A DNA stretch of 64,000 nt from Candidatus Omnitrophota bacterium (GCA_030695905.1 JAUYOL010000007.1:6604-70603); one strand, 5' to 3'; counted from the first letter of the stretch, positions 41,401 through 50,096 are shown. A program made the numbers and translations. The notes: generated from the letters alone by a model not told the origin.

Positions 41401-44400
41401 GCAAGCGGGCGGCTCTATCAGCCCGTCGGGTACAGTAAGTGTCGCCTATGGCACAAACCAGACATTTACAGTTACAGCCGATACAGGATACAGCATCGAT
41501 CAGGTGCTTGTAGATGGCTTGGCCGTAACCCTCTCAAACGGAACATATACCTTTAATAATGTAACGGCCGCTCACACGATCTCGGCAAGCTTTGTTTCAA
41601 GCCTCAGTATCAGTGACCAGATCATACAGAAATCTTTCAACTATTTCTGGAATGAGACCGATAATCCTGAGACAGGATTTACTCGTGACAGACTCGCAGT
41701 AAAGAGTGAAGACCGCACCGCCGCTTTTGACGTTCACTACAACAGGGCGAGCCTGGCGGCAACCGGCTTCCAATTGGCAGCCCTATGTGCGGCGGATAAT
41801 GATCCCAATATTGCCGGCACAGTCACGCATGACCAGTTAGAGGCACGGGCAACTCTGATAATGGACAAATTACTGGATATTCAAGGCAAACAAAATCCTG
41901 ATGACCAGGCCACATGGGCAAAGTGGGGCAAGGACGGGTTCTTCTATCATTTTGTTGACATAGATACCGGCGAACGTTATTCCGGATCAGAAGTTTCTAC
42001 CATTGATACGGCGATAGTCGTTGCGGGGGCTATAACAGCGGGGAATCATTTTGGAGGCGACCTTAAAAATAAGGCTATGGATATATATCGCAACGTGAAC
42101 TGGAAAGCGTTTCTTGACACGAACCCTATAGTCCTGAATCACCACGACGCAGTCAACCCATCATATAATAATATCTATCATGCATGGGATCCGGAGACTG
42201 TTGCAAACGGCGGATTTTATGGCCACTGGGATTATACGAACGAAAGTCTCATTCTGTACCTGTTGGCGACCGTTTCGCCCGCAGATAATTACGCTGTTCC
42301 GGCAGACGTGTTTTACACAATTCGACGAGAGCTTGGTAATTACGGCCAAAATAGCAATCCTATAGTAAAGTCGTGGGACGGTGCATTGTTCGAATATCAG
42401 TACACTCAGGCGTTCTTCAATTTTAAAGATGCCTCAGGCAATCCTCTATATGACGGGCAGGGAGTAAATTGGTGGGATAATTCAGTCGAGGCAACAAGGG
42501 CGAATAAGCAGTTTTGCAATTATTTTATTAATAAGTTTGCCGCCCAAGAAGATCTTTGGGGATTAACGGCCGGTTACACAGATGGCCTTAACTATGGCGT
42601 TTATGGAGCGCCGCCGGCAGGACTTGCGGTAACCGATCCCGACGGGACCGTATTCCCCGCTGCTGTCGCCGGCTCCTTGCCGTTCTTGCCGGATGAGGTT
42701 ATGCGCGCGTTAAACAAGATGAAAGAATTGTACGACGATTACAATTACCCAATATGGGGTGATTATGGTTTTGTCAACTCGTTCAAACTTGGCGGCAGTT
42801 TAAACGATACCCCGTCGCCAGTATCTATCTTCTATTGCGGCATTGATGTAGGCATTGCGCTTGTGATGGCCGAAAATCAGAAGAGCGGCCTGATATGGGA
42901 TAATTTCTCTAATTTTGAAATAGCGCCGGGGGTAACGCTGAAATCCAGAATACAGCAGATAGACGGGCTTACTACGGATAAAACACACCATCTATTTGTG
43001 GACGATATTTCTGATGTTTCCAGTTTCCATATGGGGAAGATCGATGCTGAGCACACGCAATATCAAGTCAAATTTGATTTGAATACCGTCCAGGACGATC
43101 CTTATCTATTGTCCGTGCATTCATTTATGAATAAAGAATTGCCGAGCCACGTTGTGAGTGTAGCGATCAAGGTTAATAACGCCGATCCGTTTAGCGTGGA
43201 ATTCGCGTACAATAGCGACGGGAAAGATCCTGATCTTATGAAGTATATCCCGATAGATAGCAGCGGTCTGATTGAGGGTGAAAATACTATTACGCTTGAA
43301 TGGCAGGGTGCGACAGCGAACGCCACATGGCTTGCGTGGAAGAACATTGAAGTATCGACGCCATACGAGAATAATGTGTGGTCATTTGCCAGGAACGAAA
43401 CAGTTAATCCGAAAGTGTTGTTTGGGAGCGAATACAGGGCTGATGACACGTACTTTGTTGGCGCCGCTATTTCCAGTTTCGAGCAAGCGGTAGATAAGGA
43501 TGTTGAAAATTTCACGGATATACTATTTTACACGAATACGGCTACCGCTGAATATGCCTCTCTTACATTAAAAGCCCTGGATACGCAGAAAGATGCGAAT
43601 ACAAATATACAGATATTTGTTAATAGCGCGCCCAGGTATGTGTTTAATGGTTCCGTAACACCGGCCAGCCAGATAACTACACCCGGCTTTCAATTGGTTA
43701 ACGGATGGAACAGGATAACCATTTATCATCCCGGGGTAAGCGGGGCGGCACCCGGTGAGTGGATACGCTGGGACGGCATGAGCTTGACAGCGGCCAATCC
43801 CTCAAAATTTAATCCGCCGCAAGGGTTGTCGGCAGCGTCCCTTGGTTCGGATAAGATAAATCTCAGGTGGCAGGTTGTTAATGGCATAGATGTCAGGTAT
43901 AATATTTATCGTAGTCAAGCCAAAGGAGGAGTTTATACGAAGATAAACAGCGCGCCTTTGATTTCGGCACAACATCAGGATGCGGGCCTTGCGAATAACA
44001 CCGTCTACTATTATACTGTTACGGCATATGCGGATGCCGATCCGTCTACCGAAAGCGATCGTTCAGTGGATGCTTCAAAAACAACGGGTGCTTACGATGT
44101 TGATTACAGGGATGGCAGGGATCCGAACTCTTTTGGAGGTGACTCCAGCCCCCAGTTTACATATTTCATAATGTACAGGCACGATTGGACGGATGGTGCG
44201 GTAAGAAAAGTTACGCTCAGTCCTCAGGAGTCCGGATGGATAGGGCTTGCCGGTATTAATGTAAGCCAGGCAAACGCCCTGTCAATATGGATATATGGAA
44301 CCGGTACAGAGAAGATAGAGGTGGGCCTGCAGAATGCCGGTTCCGGACCGTCAACTTTCACGGTGACAGCCAGCGCCGGATGGCAGAATTTGCAGATAAA

Positions 44401-45097
44401 ATTATCCGACTTCAGTGGTATATCGCCGGTAAATCTGGATAAATTATCCATCAAGAATATTTCGTCCGGAGCGGTAACAATATTTTTAGATGACATATCT
44501 TTCATAAACGATGCGGCCGGGACAGCCACGCTTGACGTTGCGGCGAAGAACGTCAACGATAATTTACTCTCCACGGGCATGAGTTTTGATAACGATATGA
44601 TAAATTCGTATGCTCCCGCTAACCAGTATTTGGCCGTTAGCTATAATTCTCCCAGCGCTGTGAACTGGAAGATATGGATATACACGAAAAACGATAACGG
44701 CGACCCGCAATATTTGGACGGGCAGTATAACGGCCTGATGAGCTCAGACGGCCGATCCAGAATAGCTCTTATGTGGCGCATATACCCGACGATACAACAA
44801 GGCGGCATTACATGCAGGGTGACTTCCGATGTGTACAGTGATGCCAAGATGACATGGAATTATATAAAGGACCGCAATGATTCAGACTGGGCGGCTGCGA
44901 ACCCTGCCGGTGCCGAATATTCAGTGGCGGCTTTCGGAAGGAAGAATGAATGGGCATATATCGCGCCTGTTCCGCCGGGGTTAGGTGACCGGAATCCGGT
45001 TAATAACACTTTTTACGTTTATTTAGGCGGTGAGTTTGGCTCGGCGAATCCGGGCGATTATTCCGCCAGGATATATTTTGACATTACCCATGAATAA
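38447..45097 (+). CDS. Giant (2216 aa) secreted modular GH144-like hydrolase/adhesin with C-terminal pilin-like domain
   Basis: IPT/TIG (~38940-39190), FG-GAP/VCBS DxDGDGxxD repeats (~39200-40310), cadherin-like Ig, InlB-B-type repeats, GH144-like (~41600-42980; EVSTIDTA, GFFYHF, WGDYGF, GIDVG..AEN..SGLIW), FN3, CBM-like, C-terminal domain ending GDYSARIYFDITHE. Confidence 0.78.
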   Translation: MRNLRIALLVIGTIASLISFKDKGVVNLAHDAKPIVAEAYHSLQSMLPPPVAAGLSALSRQVMKSQIPSSSSIPSPVELIANDTLADDNIQDIVAGAPADIKLQNTATPVTDNQQPAPAPVETIVYGMTGTVLPEDSTGNTNTNAITDNNNSIETLTAQSSPSPSNIFIASITPNSGIAGTSVIIQGAGFDSNLSNNVVKFGNVSSSSATYVSKNQLRATIPQGLSAGFTNLSVSVNGTPSNLFLFDILKNTSGNIFADDTQNILPAGLAITDLPVVRTADVDNDNDLDLFMIDTFLSSVYVLINDGNGNFTNETSSTLPAIADPSSITDAVFGDTNQDGHQDIVLAYSSGQSVRILLNSGLGSFSDVTALNLPAVSGNAVSLDLGDANGDGAPDIIIANKNTRDILLINNSGGVFSKDAGFNLPGVIDGSSDIRFCDLNSDGAVDIITANNEVVDTSSLRNRVYVNNGLGQFTDNTEIMLPGDNEYSEVLDYGDVDGDGDIDVVVANHDQNSILINDGAGIFTDETSARIPTNYFVSKDTKLGDVNGDGYLDIVMLGEDKMSLLINDGQGSFTEGSIKLPDYKSIPALLGGKDVQVADINGDGALDIIVAGNSLRFLINSASNKAPVLDSIGDRKIEFGKKLEFNVTGSDPNDDALIFLAENLPDGAAFLSKMFRWVPAANDIGQHKNVRFIAREDTPAALEAFEDITITVVGLPPIIDSYIPKELDLNLGIGEIVQFGIIAYDPTGGALTFKWFLNSVQVKSVSGFKSSLIFIVPRIGENIIEARVENGTGNDSVYWDVSVGVTQNRPPQIIGYEPQESAINIDPNAGGAFNFAVTASDPDVGDSISYTWKFDDNVLSSGAALSSSAFAGSASVGNHALQVSVSDGHNAAVTRSWTINITVIPAYTLTINAVNGSVSMNPNKTTYSAGEEVAITATPDTGYTFNSWSGDVSGTTNPAIITMNANKTVTANFTVIPPVAITASAQAGGSISPSGTVSVAYGTNQTFTVTADTGYSIDQVLVDGLAVTLSNGTYTFNNVTAAHTISASFVSSLSISDQIIQKSFNYFWNETDNPETGFTRDRLAVKSEDRTAAFDVHYNRASLAATGFQLAALCAADNDPNIAGTVTHDQLEARATLIMDKLLDIQGKQNPDDQATWAKWGKDGFFYHFVDIDTGERYSGSEVSTIDTAIVVAGAITAGNHFGGDLKNKAMDIYRNVNWKAFLDTNPIVLNHHDAVNPSYNNIYHAWDPETVANGGFYGHWDYTNESLILYLLATVSPADNYAVPADVFYTIRRELGNYGQNSNPIVKSWDGALFEYQYTQAFFNFKDASGNPLYDGQGVNWWDNSVEATRANKQFCNYFINKFAAQEDLWGLTAGYTDGLNYGVYGAPPAGLAVTDPDGTVFPAAVAGSLPFLPDEVMRALNKMKELYDDYNYPIWGDYGFVNSFKLGGSLNDTPSPVSIFYCGIDVGIALVMAENQKSGLIWDNFSNFEIAPGVTLKSRIQQIDGLTTDKTHHLFVDDISDVSSFHMGKIDAEHTQYQVKFDLNTVQDDPYLLSVHSFMNKELPSHVVSVAIKVNNADPFSVEFAYNSDGKDPDLMKYIPIDSSGLIEGENTITLEWQGATANATWLAWKNIEVSTPYENNVWSFARNETVNPKVLFGSEYRADDTYFVGAAISSFEQAVDKDVENFTDILFYTNTATAEYASLTLKALDTQKDANTNIQIFVNSAPRYVFNGSVTPASQITTPGFQLVNGWNRITIYHPGVSGAAPGEWIRWDGMSLTAANPSKFNPPQGLSAASLGSDKINLRWQVVNGIDVRYNIYRSQAKGGVYTKINSAPLISAQHQDAGLANNTVYYYTVTAYADADPSTESDRSVDASKTTGAYDVDYRDGRDPNSFGGDSSPQFTYFIMYRHDWTDGAVRKVTLSPQESGWIGLAGINVSQANALSIWIYGTGTEKIEVGLQNAGSGPSTFTVTASAGWQNLQIKLSDFSGISPVNLDKLSIKNISSGAVTIFLDDISFINDAAGTATLDVAAKNVNDNLLSTGMSFDNDMINSYAPANQYLAVSYNSPSAVNWKIWIYTKNDNGDPQYLDGQYNGLMSSDGRSRIALMWRIYPTIQQGGITCRVTSDVYSDAKMTWNYIKDRNDSDWAAANPAGAEYSVAAFGRKNEWAYIAPVPPGLGDRNPVNNTFYVYLGGEFGSANPGDYSARIYFDITHE

Positions 45098-46394
45098 TAT
45101 GAGAATGCTATATAAGAAGACCTGTATTATCGGGATTATCTTAGCGACGTCTGCCATATTTCAGCAAAATATTATGCTTGCTGCTACGGATAGGACGGTT
45201 TCTGTCGTGGGCACTGCCACGAAATCTGCGACACCCGGTCCGTTGCTCGATGACTTTAGATACGCGGCGCCCCTAAACCTATGGAGTGTTGGCACCGGCA
45301 CGTTCAGCAGCTCATTATTAGTTCCGCCACCAGCAAACGCGATTTGCACGGCGTCTTATATTAATGATTCAAATGCATATTCTGGCTATTCCATGAAGCT
45401 GGATTATAATGCTACCGCCGCGAATAGTTTCGTCGGCTATTACAGCCGGTTGGCAGCGCAGCCATTAACCGCGTATACTGCCATATCATTCTGGGTAAAA
45501 GGCGCGGTTGGCGGCGAATTTTTCAAGATACAGTTTAAAAATACCAGCACGACACCATATTCTTTTGCTGAGGGGACAGATACCTATTACTATAGTAGAA
45601 ACGAAGCCGCGGTATATATTACGGATTATCTGGACGGCGGCGTAACTACAACCTGGCGAAAGGTAACGATACCTTTTCATAATTTTGCCAATTTGGATGG
45701 GTGGAAGTCAATGAAAGAGTTTGTTGTAGTATTTGAAAATTCCCAATCTACAACTAATATAAGCGCAACAAGCGGGACAATCTATATAGACAATATTACT
45801 TTTGAAACTACGCCTGTCAGCGCGGTGCGGGTTGATCATTTTGGGGATAAGTTGGGAGTTTGTGCGTTAGGTGGTAATATGGGAACAGGAGCAGGCGACG
45901 GCGCATCGGCGAGCCTTAATAAATATAGCCTTTCGAATGCAATTAATGAATATGATCCCGGCGGATATCCTAACGGTTTAAAATTGGAGTACGATGTTAC
46001 TACCGGGTTTGCATATACATTTCTTATTTTTGGCGGGGCTAGTAACGCAAAGACGACAGTAGAACCAATAAAAGATAAAAGCGGCTGGATAGCGCTACCT
46101 CACGATTTCAGCGCTTATACAAAACTAACTCTTAGAGTAAAAGCAAAATCCGGTGCTGAAAATCCGAAACAAATAAAGATAGAATTAGTGGACAATGGAG
46201 CAGCCAGGGCTGTCATCATAGACCAGATCAGCGGCACCGACTGGCAGATCTATGAAGTACCCCTTTCCGCCTTTGCCTCTCTCGATAAAACCAGCATAAA
46301 ACAACTGACCTTTGTTTTTGAAGGCTGGCGCATAAATAGTGCCGGAGGAAGTAAAAGAGGAGTCGTTTTTATAGACTCGGTACAATTTGAGTAA
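45090..46394 (+). CDS. Secreted protein with two CBM11/CIA30-like beta-sandwich domains and a pilin-like N-terminal peptide
   Basis: Signal peptide, then ATDRTVSVVGTA; LLDDF, SMKLDY, ISFWVKG..GGE, W.KVTIP, GTIYIDNI.F; the pattern repeats (GVVFIDSVQFE); start could be 45090, 45099 or 45105. Confidence 0.68.
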   Translation: MNNMRMLYKKTCIIGIILATSAIFQQNIMLAATDRTVSVVGTATKSATPGPLLDDFRYAAPLNLWSVGTGTFSSSLLVPPPANAICTASYINDSNAYSGYSMKLDYNATAANSFVGYYSRLAAQPLTAYTAISFWVKGAVGGEFFKIQFKNTSTTPYSFAEGTDTYYYSRNEAAVYITDYLDGGVTTTWRKVTIPFHNFANLDGWKSMKEFVVVFENSQSTTNISATSGTIYIDNITFETTPVSAVRVDHFGDKLGVCALGGNMGTGAGDGASASLNKYSLSNAINEYDPGGYPNGLKLEYDVTTGFAYTFLIFGGASNAKTTVEPIKDKSGWIALPHDFSAYTKLTLRVKAKSGAENPKQIKIELVDNGAARAVIIDQISGTDWQIYEVPLSAFASLDKTSIKQLTFVFEGWRINSAGGSKRGVVFIDSVQFE

Positions 46395-46457
46395 TAGTTG
46401 GTATGTTTAATTCAAATCCTCGCTCTTAAATCAATCCAAAAATAAATCAACCCGCAT

Positions 46458-46486
46458 TTGAAAATATCCGCATTATAAGGTATTAT
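46458..46486 (+). promoter_or_regulatory. sigma70-type promoter (TTGAAA-N17-TATTAT), possibly leaderless transcript
   Basis: -10 ends 7 nt before ATG 46494; no SD. Confidence 0.45.
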
Positions 46487-46493
46487 ATTACCA

Positions 46494-47075
46494 ATGGAAC
46501 ACAAAGGCTTTTTAAAGAGCATTATACTCATAGCGCATATTATTGCTATGTTAGCCTGCGCCGGTGTGTCAGCCGCACAGACCCAGCCCATCTTCGATAC
46601 CACGGATTGGAATATAGAAGAGAGCGATTTTTTCATAATTTATTATCGCCCAACAGCAGATTTAAAGATGTTGTTGAGAAGGCTTAATATAAAAGCACTG
46701 CCTTCGGCCCAGACATCGGTATATAGTGAGATTAACCCCCCTAAAGAGATATGCAAGAGACTCGACAGCCTGTTTAATGAGGTAAGGAGCGTGCTTGGCA
46801 TGTATCCCGTGGTAGAGAAGGTGAAAATAAAAATATTTAAGGATATGGGTGAATTGAGCGAAGTATACCTCATACTGATAGACAGGAAAGAGAATTTCAA
46901 GGCTTTCTATGTAAACAAATATAACACAATATATACCTCTGAAGACAGTATGACAGATTCGGTCATGGTCCATGAAATGGCCCATGTTGTCATCGATCAT
47001 TATTTTTCAGCAATTCCGCCGGATATAGTCAGCGAGATGATAGCGTCTTATGTAGATGCGCATTTCACAAAGTAG
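46494..47075 (+). CDS. Secreted zincin-like metallopeptidase-domain protein
   Basis: Signal peptide VSA-A; VMVHEMAHVV (HExxH) with downstream SE. Confidence 0.6.
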   Translation: MEHKGFLKSIILIAHIIAMLACAGVSAAQTQPIFDTTDWNIEESDFFIIYYRPTADLKMLLRRLNIKALPSAQTSVYSEINPPKEICKRLDSLFNEVRSVLGMYPVVEKVKIKIFKDMGELSEVYLILIDRKENFKAFYVNKYNTIYTSEDSMTDSVMVHEMAHVVIDHYFSAIPPDIVSEMIASYVDAHFTK

Positions 47076-47141
47076 AGGATTACTGTTGACTATAATCAGG
47101 GCGGAGTATAATCTATATTATGTAAGTTATGGAGGGTTTTA

Positions 47142-48851
47142 ATGGCGTTGCAGTCTGATCTGATAGGGCAACTTCTGGTAATGAGGGGTCTCATAAATAT
47201 GGAGAGCCTGGAGAGGGCCCTTCTTGAACAGGAGAAGCACAAGGAGCTGTTAGGCGAGACATTGATAAAATTGGGGCTCATAACGAGCGAACAATTTTAT
47301 ACCGCATTGGCAGGACAACTGGGTGTAGAATATATAAAGTTGAAAGACGTGACAATAGACCCTGCCGTAATTAATGAAATACCCGCAAAGTTCGCGTGTT
47401 ATTACGAGCTTATGCCAATAAAAGTAGAAGGCGATATGATAACTGTCGCAATGTCCAATCCGCTCGATATACATACTATAGACGACATAAAACTCCTGCT
47501 TAAAAAAGATATAAAGACGGTGCTTTCCGGTAGGGTTGATATCCTGGATGCTATAAAAAGGTATTATGGTGTGGGCGCTGAAACAATAGAGAAGATGGCG
47601 CCTGACGCGGATCAGGAAAAACTTGTAAGCATTCAATACCAGGAAACCCAGGATCTAATAGAATCCGTCGAAGACGCCTCAATAATAAAATTTGTGAATC
47701 AGGTGCTTTTAGAAGCTTACAGAGACAGGGCAACTGATGTTCATATAGAGCCTTATGAGGACGAGCTTATGGTAAGATACAGGATAGATGGCGTTCTTCA
47801 TGAGACAAAGGTTCCCCCCGCAATAAAGAGTTTTCAGTCGTCCATCATTTCTCGTATAAAAATAATGGCAAATCTTAATATTGCGGAAAGAAGGTTACCC
47901 CAGGATGGCCGTATAAGCATAAAGATAGGCAGTGACAAGATAGACTTGAGAGTGTCTATACTTCCTACGCCATATGGTGAAAGTGTCATGATAAGGATAC
48001 TCTCTTCCAACGTACTCTTCGGCCTTGAAAATCTCGGATTTTTAAAACCCGATCTGGAGATAATGGAAAAGATGATAAAGAAGCCTCACGGCATCATATT
48101 TGTCACCGGCCCGACAGGCAGCGGCAAGACAACGACCCTTTACGCCTCCTTAAGTAAAATAAACGACAGAGACAAGAAGATAATAACTATAGAGGATCCT
48201 ATAGAATATCGCCTTAAAGGTATAATGCAGATGCAGATTCAACCCAAGATTGGCTTTACTTTTGCGAATGCTTTGAGGTCGATGCTCAGGCATGATCCCG
48301 ATGTAATGATGGTGGGCGAGGTAAGAGACTATGAAACCGCGGAAATAACTATAAGGGTCGCGCTGACGGGGCATCTCGTGTTTTCTACCATACATACGAA
48401 TGACGCGGCAGGCGGCGTTACAAGGCTTATTGATATGGGCATAGAGCCGTTTTTGGTGGCATCGGCAGTCGAATGTTTTGTCGCGCAACGTTTGGTTAGG
48501 GTTATATGCAATAGTTGCAAAAAAGAATTAAAACCTGATAAGGAAATACTGAAAGAACTCGGTATTAATAATCCAAGCTTATCGAAGGTAAAACTATACG
48601 AGGGGAAAGGCTGTGAATCATGCAGATTTACCGGATACAAGGGCAGGACAGCCATTTATGAAATAATGGTTATGAGCGAGCCTATGCGGGAGCTCGTTTT
48701 AAAAAGAGCTTCTTCGGATCAGATCAAGAAGAAGGCAGTCGCTTTAGGCATGAGGACGCTGCGTCAAGACGGATGGGAGAAGATAGCTGTGGGCATCACG
48801 ACTCCGAGTGAGGTTATCAGAGTAACACAGGAAGGATCTTCGGAAGAATAG
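47142..48851 (+). CDS. gspE: Type II secretion ATPase
   Basis: MshEN-like N-terminus, ATDVHIEP, RLPQDGR, GPTGSGKTT, RHDPDVMMVGEVRD, HTND, CxxC pairs. Confidence 0.92.
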   Translation: MALQSDLIGQLLVMRGLINMESLERALLEQEKHKELLGETLIKLGLITSEQFYTALAGQLGVEYIKLKDVTIDPAVINEIPAKFACYYELMPIKVEGDMITVAMSNPLDIHTIDDIKLLLKKDIKTVLSGRVDILDAIKRYYGVGAETIEKMAPDADQEKLVSIQYQETQDLIESVEDASIIKFVNQVLLEAYRDRATDVHIEPYEDELMVRYRIDGVLHETKVPPAIKSFQSSIISRIKIMANLNIAERRLPQDGRISIKIGSDKIDLRVSILPTPYGESVMIRILSSNVLFGLENLGFLKPDLEIMEKMIKKPHGIIFVTGPTGSGKTTTLYASLSKINDRDKKIITIEDPIEYRLKGIMQMQIQPKIGFTFANALRSMLRHDPDVMMVGEVRDYETAEITIRVALTGHLVFSTIHTNDAAGGVTRLIDMGIEPFLVASAVECFVAQRLVRVICNSCKKELKPDKEILKELGINNPSLSKVKLYEGKGCESCRFTGYKGRTAIYEIMVMSEPMRELVLKRASSDQIKKKAVALGMRTLRQDGWEKIAVGITTPSEVIRVTQEGSSEE

Positions 48852-48854
48852 CTC

Positions 48855-50072
48855 ATGCCCAAATTTATATACGAAGCTAAAACAGGCCCTAATGATGTAA
48901 TAAAAGGGGGCTTGGTTGCCGAATCAAAAAATGCCGCAGTTCAAAAGATAAGCCAGCTCGGATATTTTCTGCTGTCACTGGAAGAGGAGTCGGGCATATC
49001 GAACACATCGGTGAATAACAGGGCTTCTTTCCACGGAAGAATAAATCTTAAAGATATAACTGATTTCACAAGACAATTGTCGGATCTATTGGAGGCGGGC
49101 ATAAATATAGCAAAGGCCCTGGATATATTACAGTCACAGACCGTTAACAAGAGATTGAAGAAAGTCATATCAGATGTAAAGGATTTTTGCGTTAGTGGTA
49201 ATCCTTTGTCCGATGCTTTATCCAGGCATCCGAAAGTATTTCCGAATCTATATGTAAGCATGGTCAGATCCGGGGAGACCGGCGGCATGCTCGAGGGTAT
49301 ATTAAGAAGGCTGTCGGATTTTAATGAAAAACAGCTTGAGATCCAAACAAAGGTGAAGACAGCCCTTGCTTATCCAATATTAATGGCCGTGGTAGGCTTT
49401 GCCACGGTAGCGGTGCTGATAACTTTTGTCATACCCAAGATGGTTGTTATGTTCGCCGATTTTGGGCAGGCACTGCCGATTCCGACCCAAATATTATTAT
49501 TCATCAGCACCGTTGTTAGAAAATACTGGTTAGTGCTTATAGGGCTATGCGCCGCGATCGTAATTATAATTCGTAAAATGTACCGTACATCCGAAGGAAG
49601 GCGCGCGATAGACCGGTTTAAATTGGACTTTCCTTTGACCGGTCAGTTAATAAGAAAAGTGGAAATAGCAAGATTTGCAAGGACGCTCTCTACGCTCCTG
49701 GAAAACGGTGTGCCGATACTCGAGGCCATGAATATTACCCTGGAGACATTGAGTAACACTATTATAAAAGAAGATATAGAAAAGGCGTATCTTTCAGTTA
49801 GGGAGGGGGCAAGCCTTGCCAGTAGCCTTAACTTGGGTAAGATAATGCCTGCCTCCGTTATTAACATGATAGCTGTAGGTGAAGAAGGCGGCCATATGGA
49901 AAAGTCGCTTTTGAAGATAGCGCAGGGCTATGAGAGGGAATCCGATGAGGCGATAAAGATAATGATGTCTTTGTTGGAGCCAGTTATGATACTGACACTC
50001 GGCGGCATAGTCGGCTTTATCGTCGTAGCTATGCTTTTGCCGATATTTGAAATGAATTTTCTTGTAAGATAA
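48855..50072 (+). CDS. gspF: Type II secretion platform protein
   Basis: FTRQLSDLL.AG, GE.GG.L, AYP.L, LLEP.MI. Confidence 0.92.
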   Translation: MPKFIYEAKTGPNDVIKGGLVAESKNAAVQKISQLGYFLLSLEEESGISNTSVNNRASFHGRINLKDITDFTRQLSDLLEAGINIAKALDILQSQTVNKRLKKVISDVKDFCVSGNPLSDALSRHPKVFPNLYVSMVRSGETGGMLEGILRRLSDFNEKQLEIQTKVKTALAYPILMAVVGFATVAVLITFVIPKMVVMFADFGQALPIPTQILLFISTVVRKYWLVLIGLCAAIVIIIRKMYRTSEGRRAIDRFKLDFPLTGQLIRKVEIARFARTLSTLLENGVPILEAMNITLETLSNTIIKEDIEKAYLSVREGASLASSLNLGKIMPASVINMIAVGEEGGHMEKSLLKIAQGYERESDEAIKIMMSLLEPVMILTLGGIVGFIVVAMLLPIFEMNFLVR

Positions 50073-50096
50073 CGTACTTAATTTTGGAGGATTGCC

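Noticed and set aside
45030-45089. GTG start for the CBM-like protein
   Set aside because: Lies inside the giant gene; the signal peptide only makes sense from the ATGs at 45090-45105.
36678-46394. Classical chaperone-usher pilus or Firmicute WxL cluster
   Set aside because: No usher beta-barrel, sortase or LPxTG protein in the window, the terminal motif is YFD rather than WxL, and the host is diderm (lptE, bamD, lnt); kept as a distinct candidate system instead.
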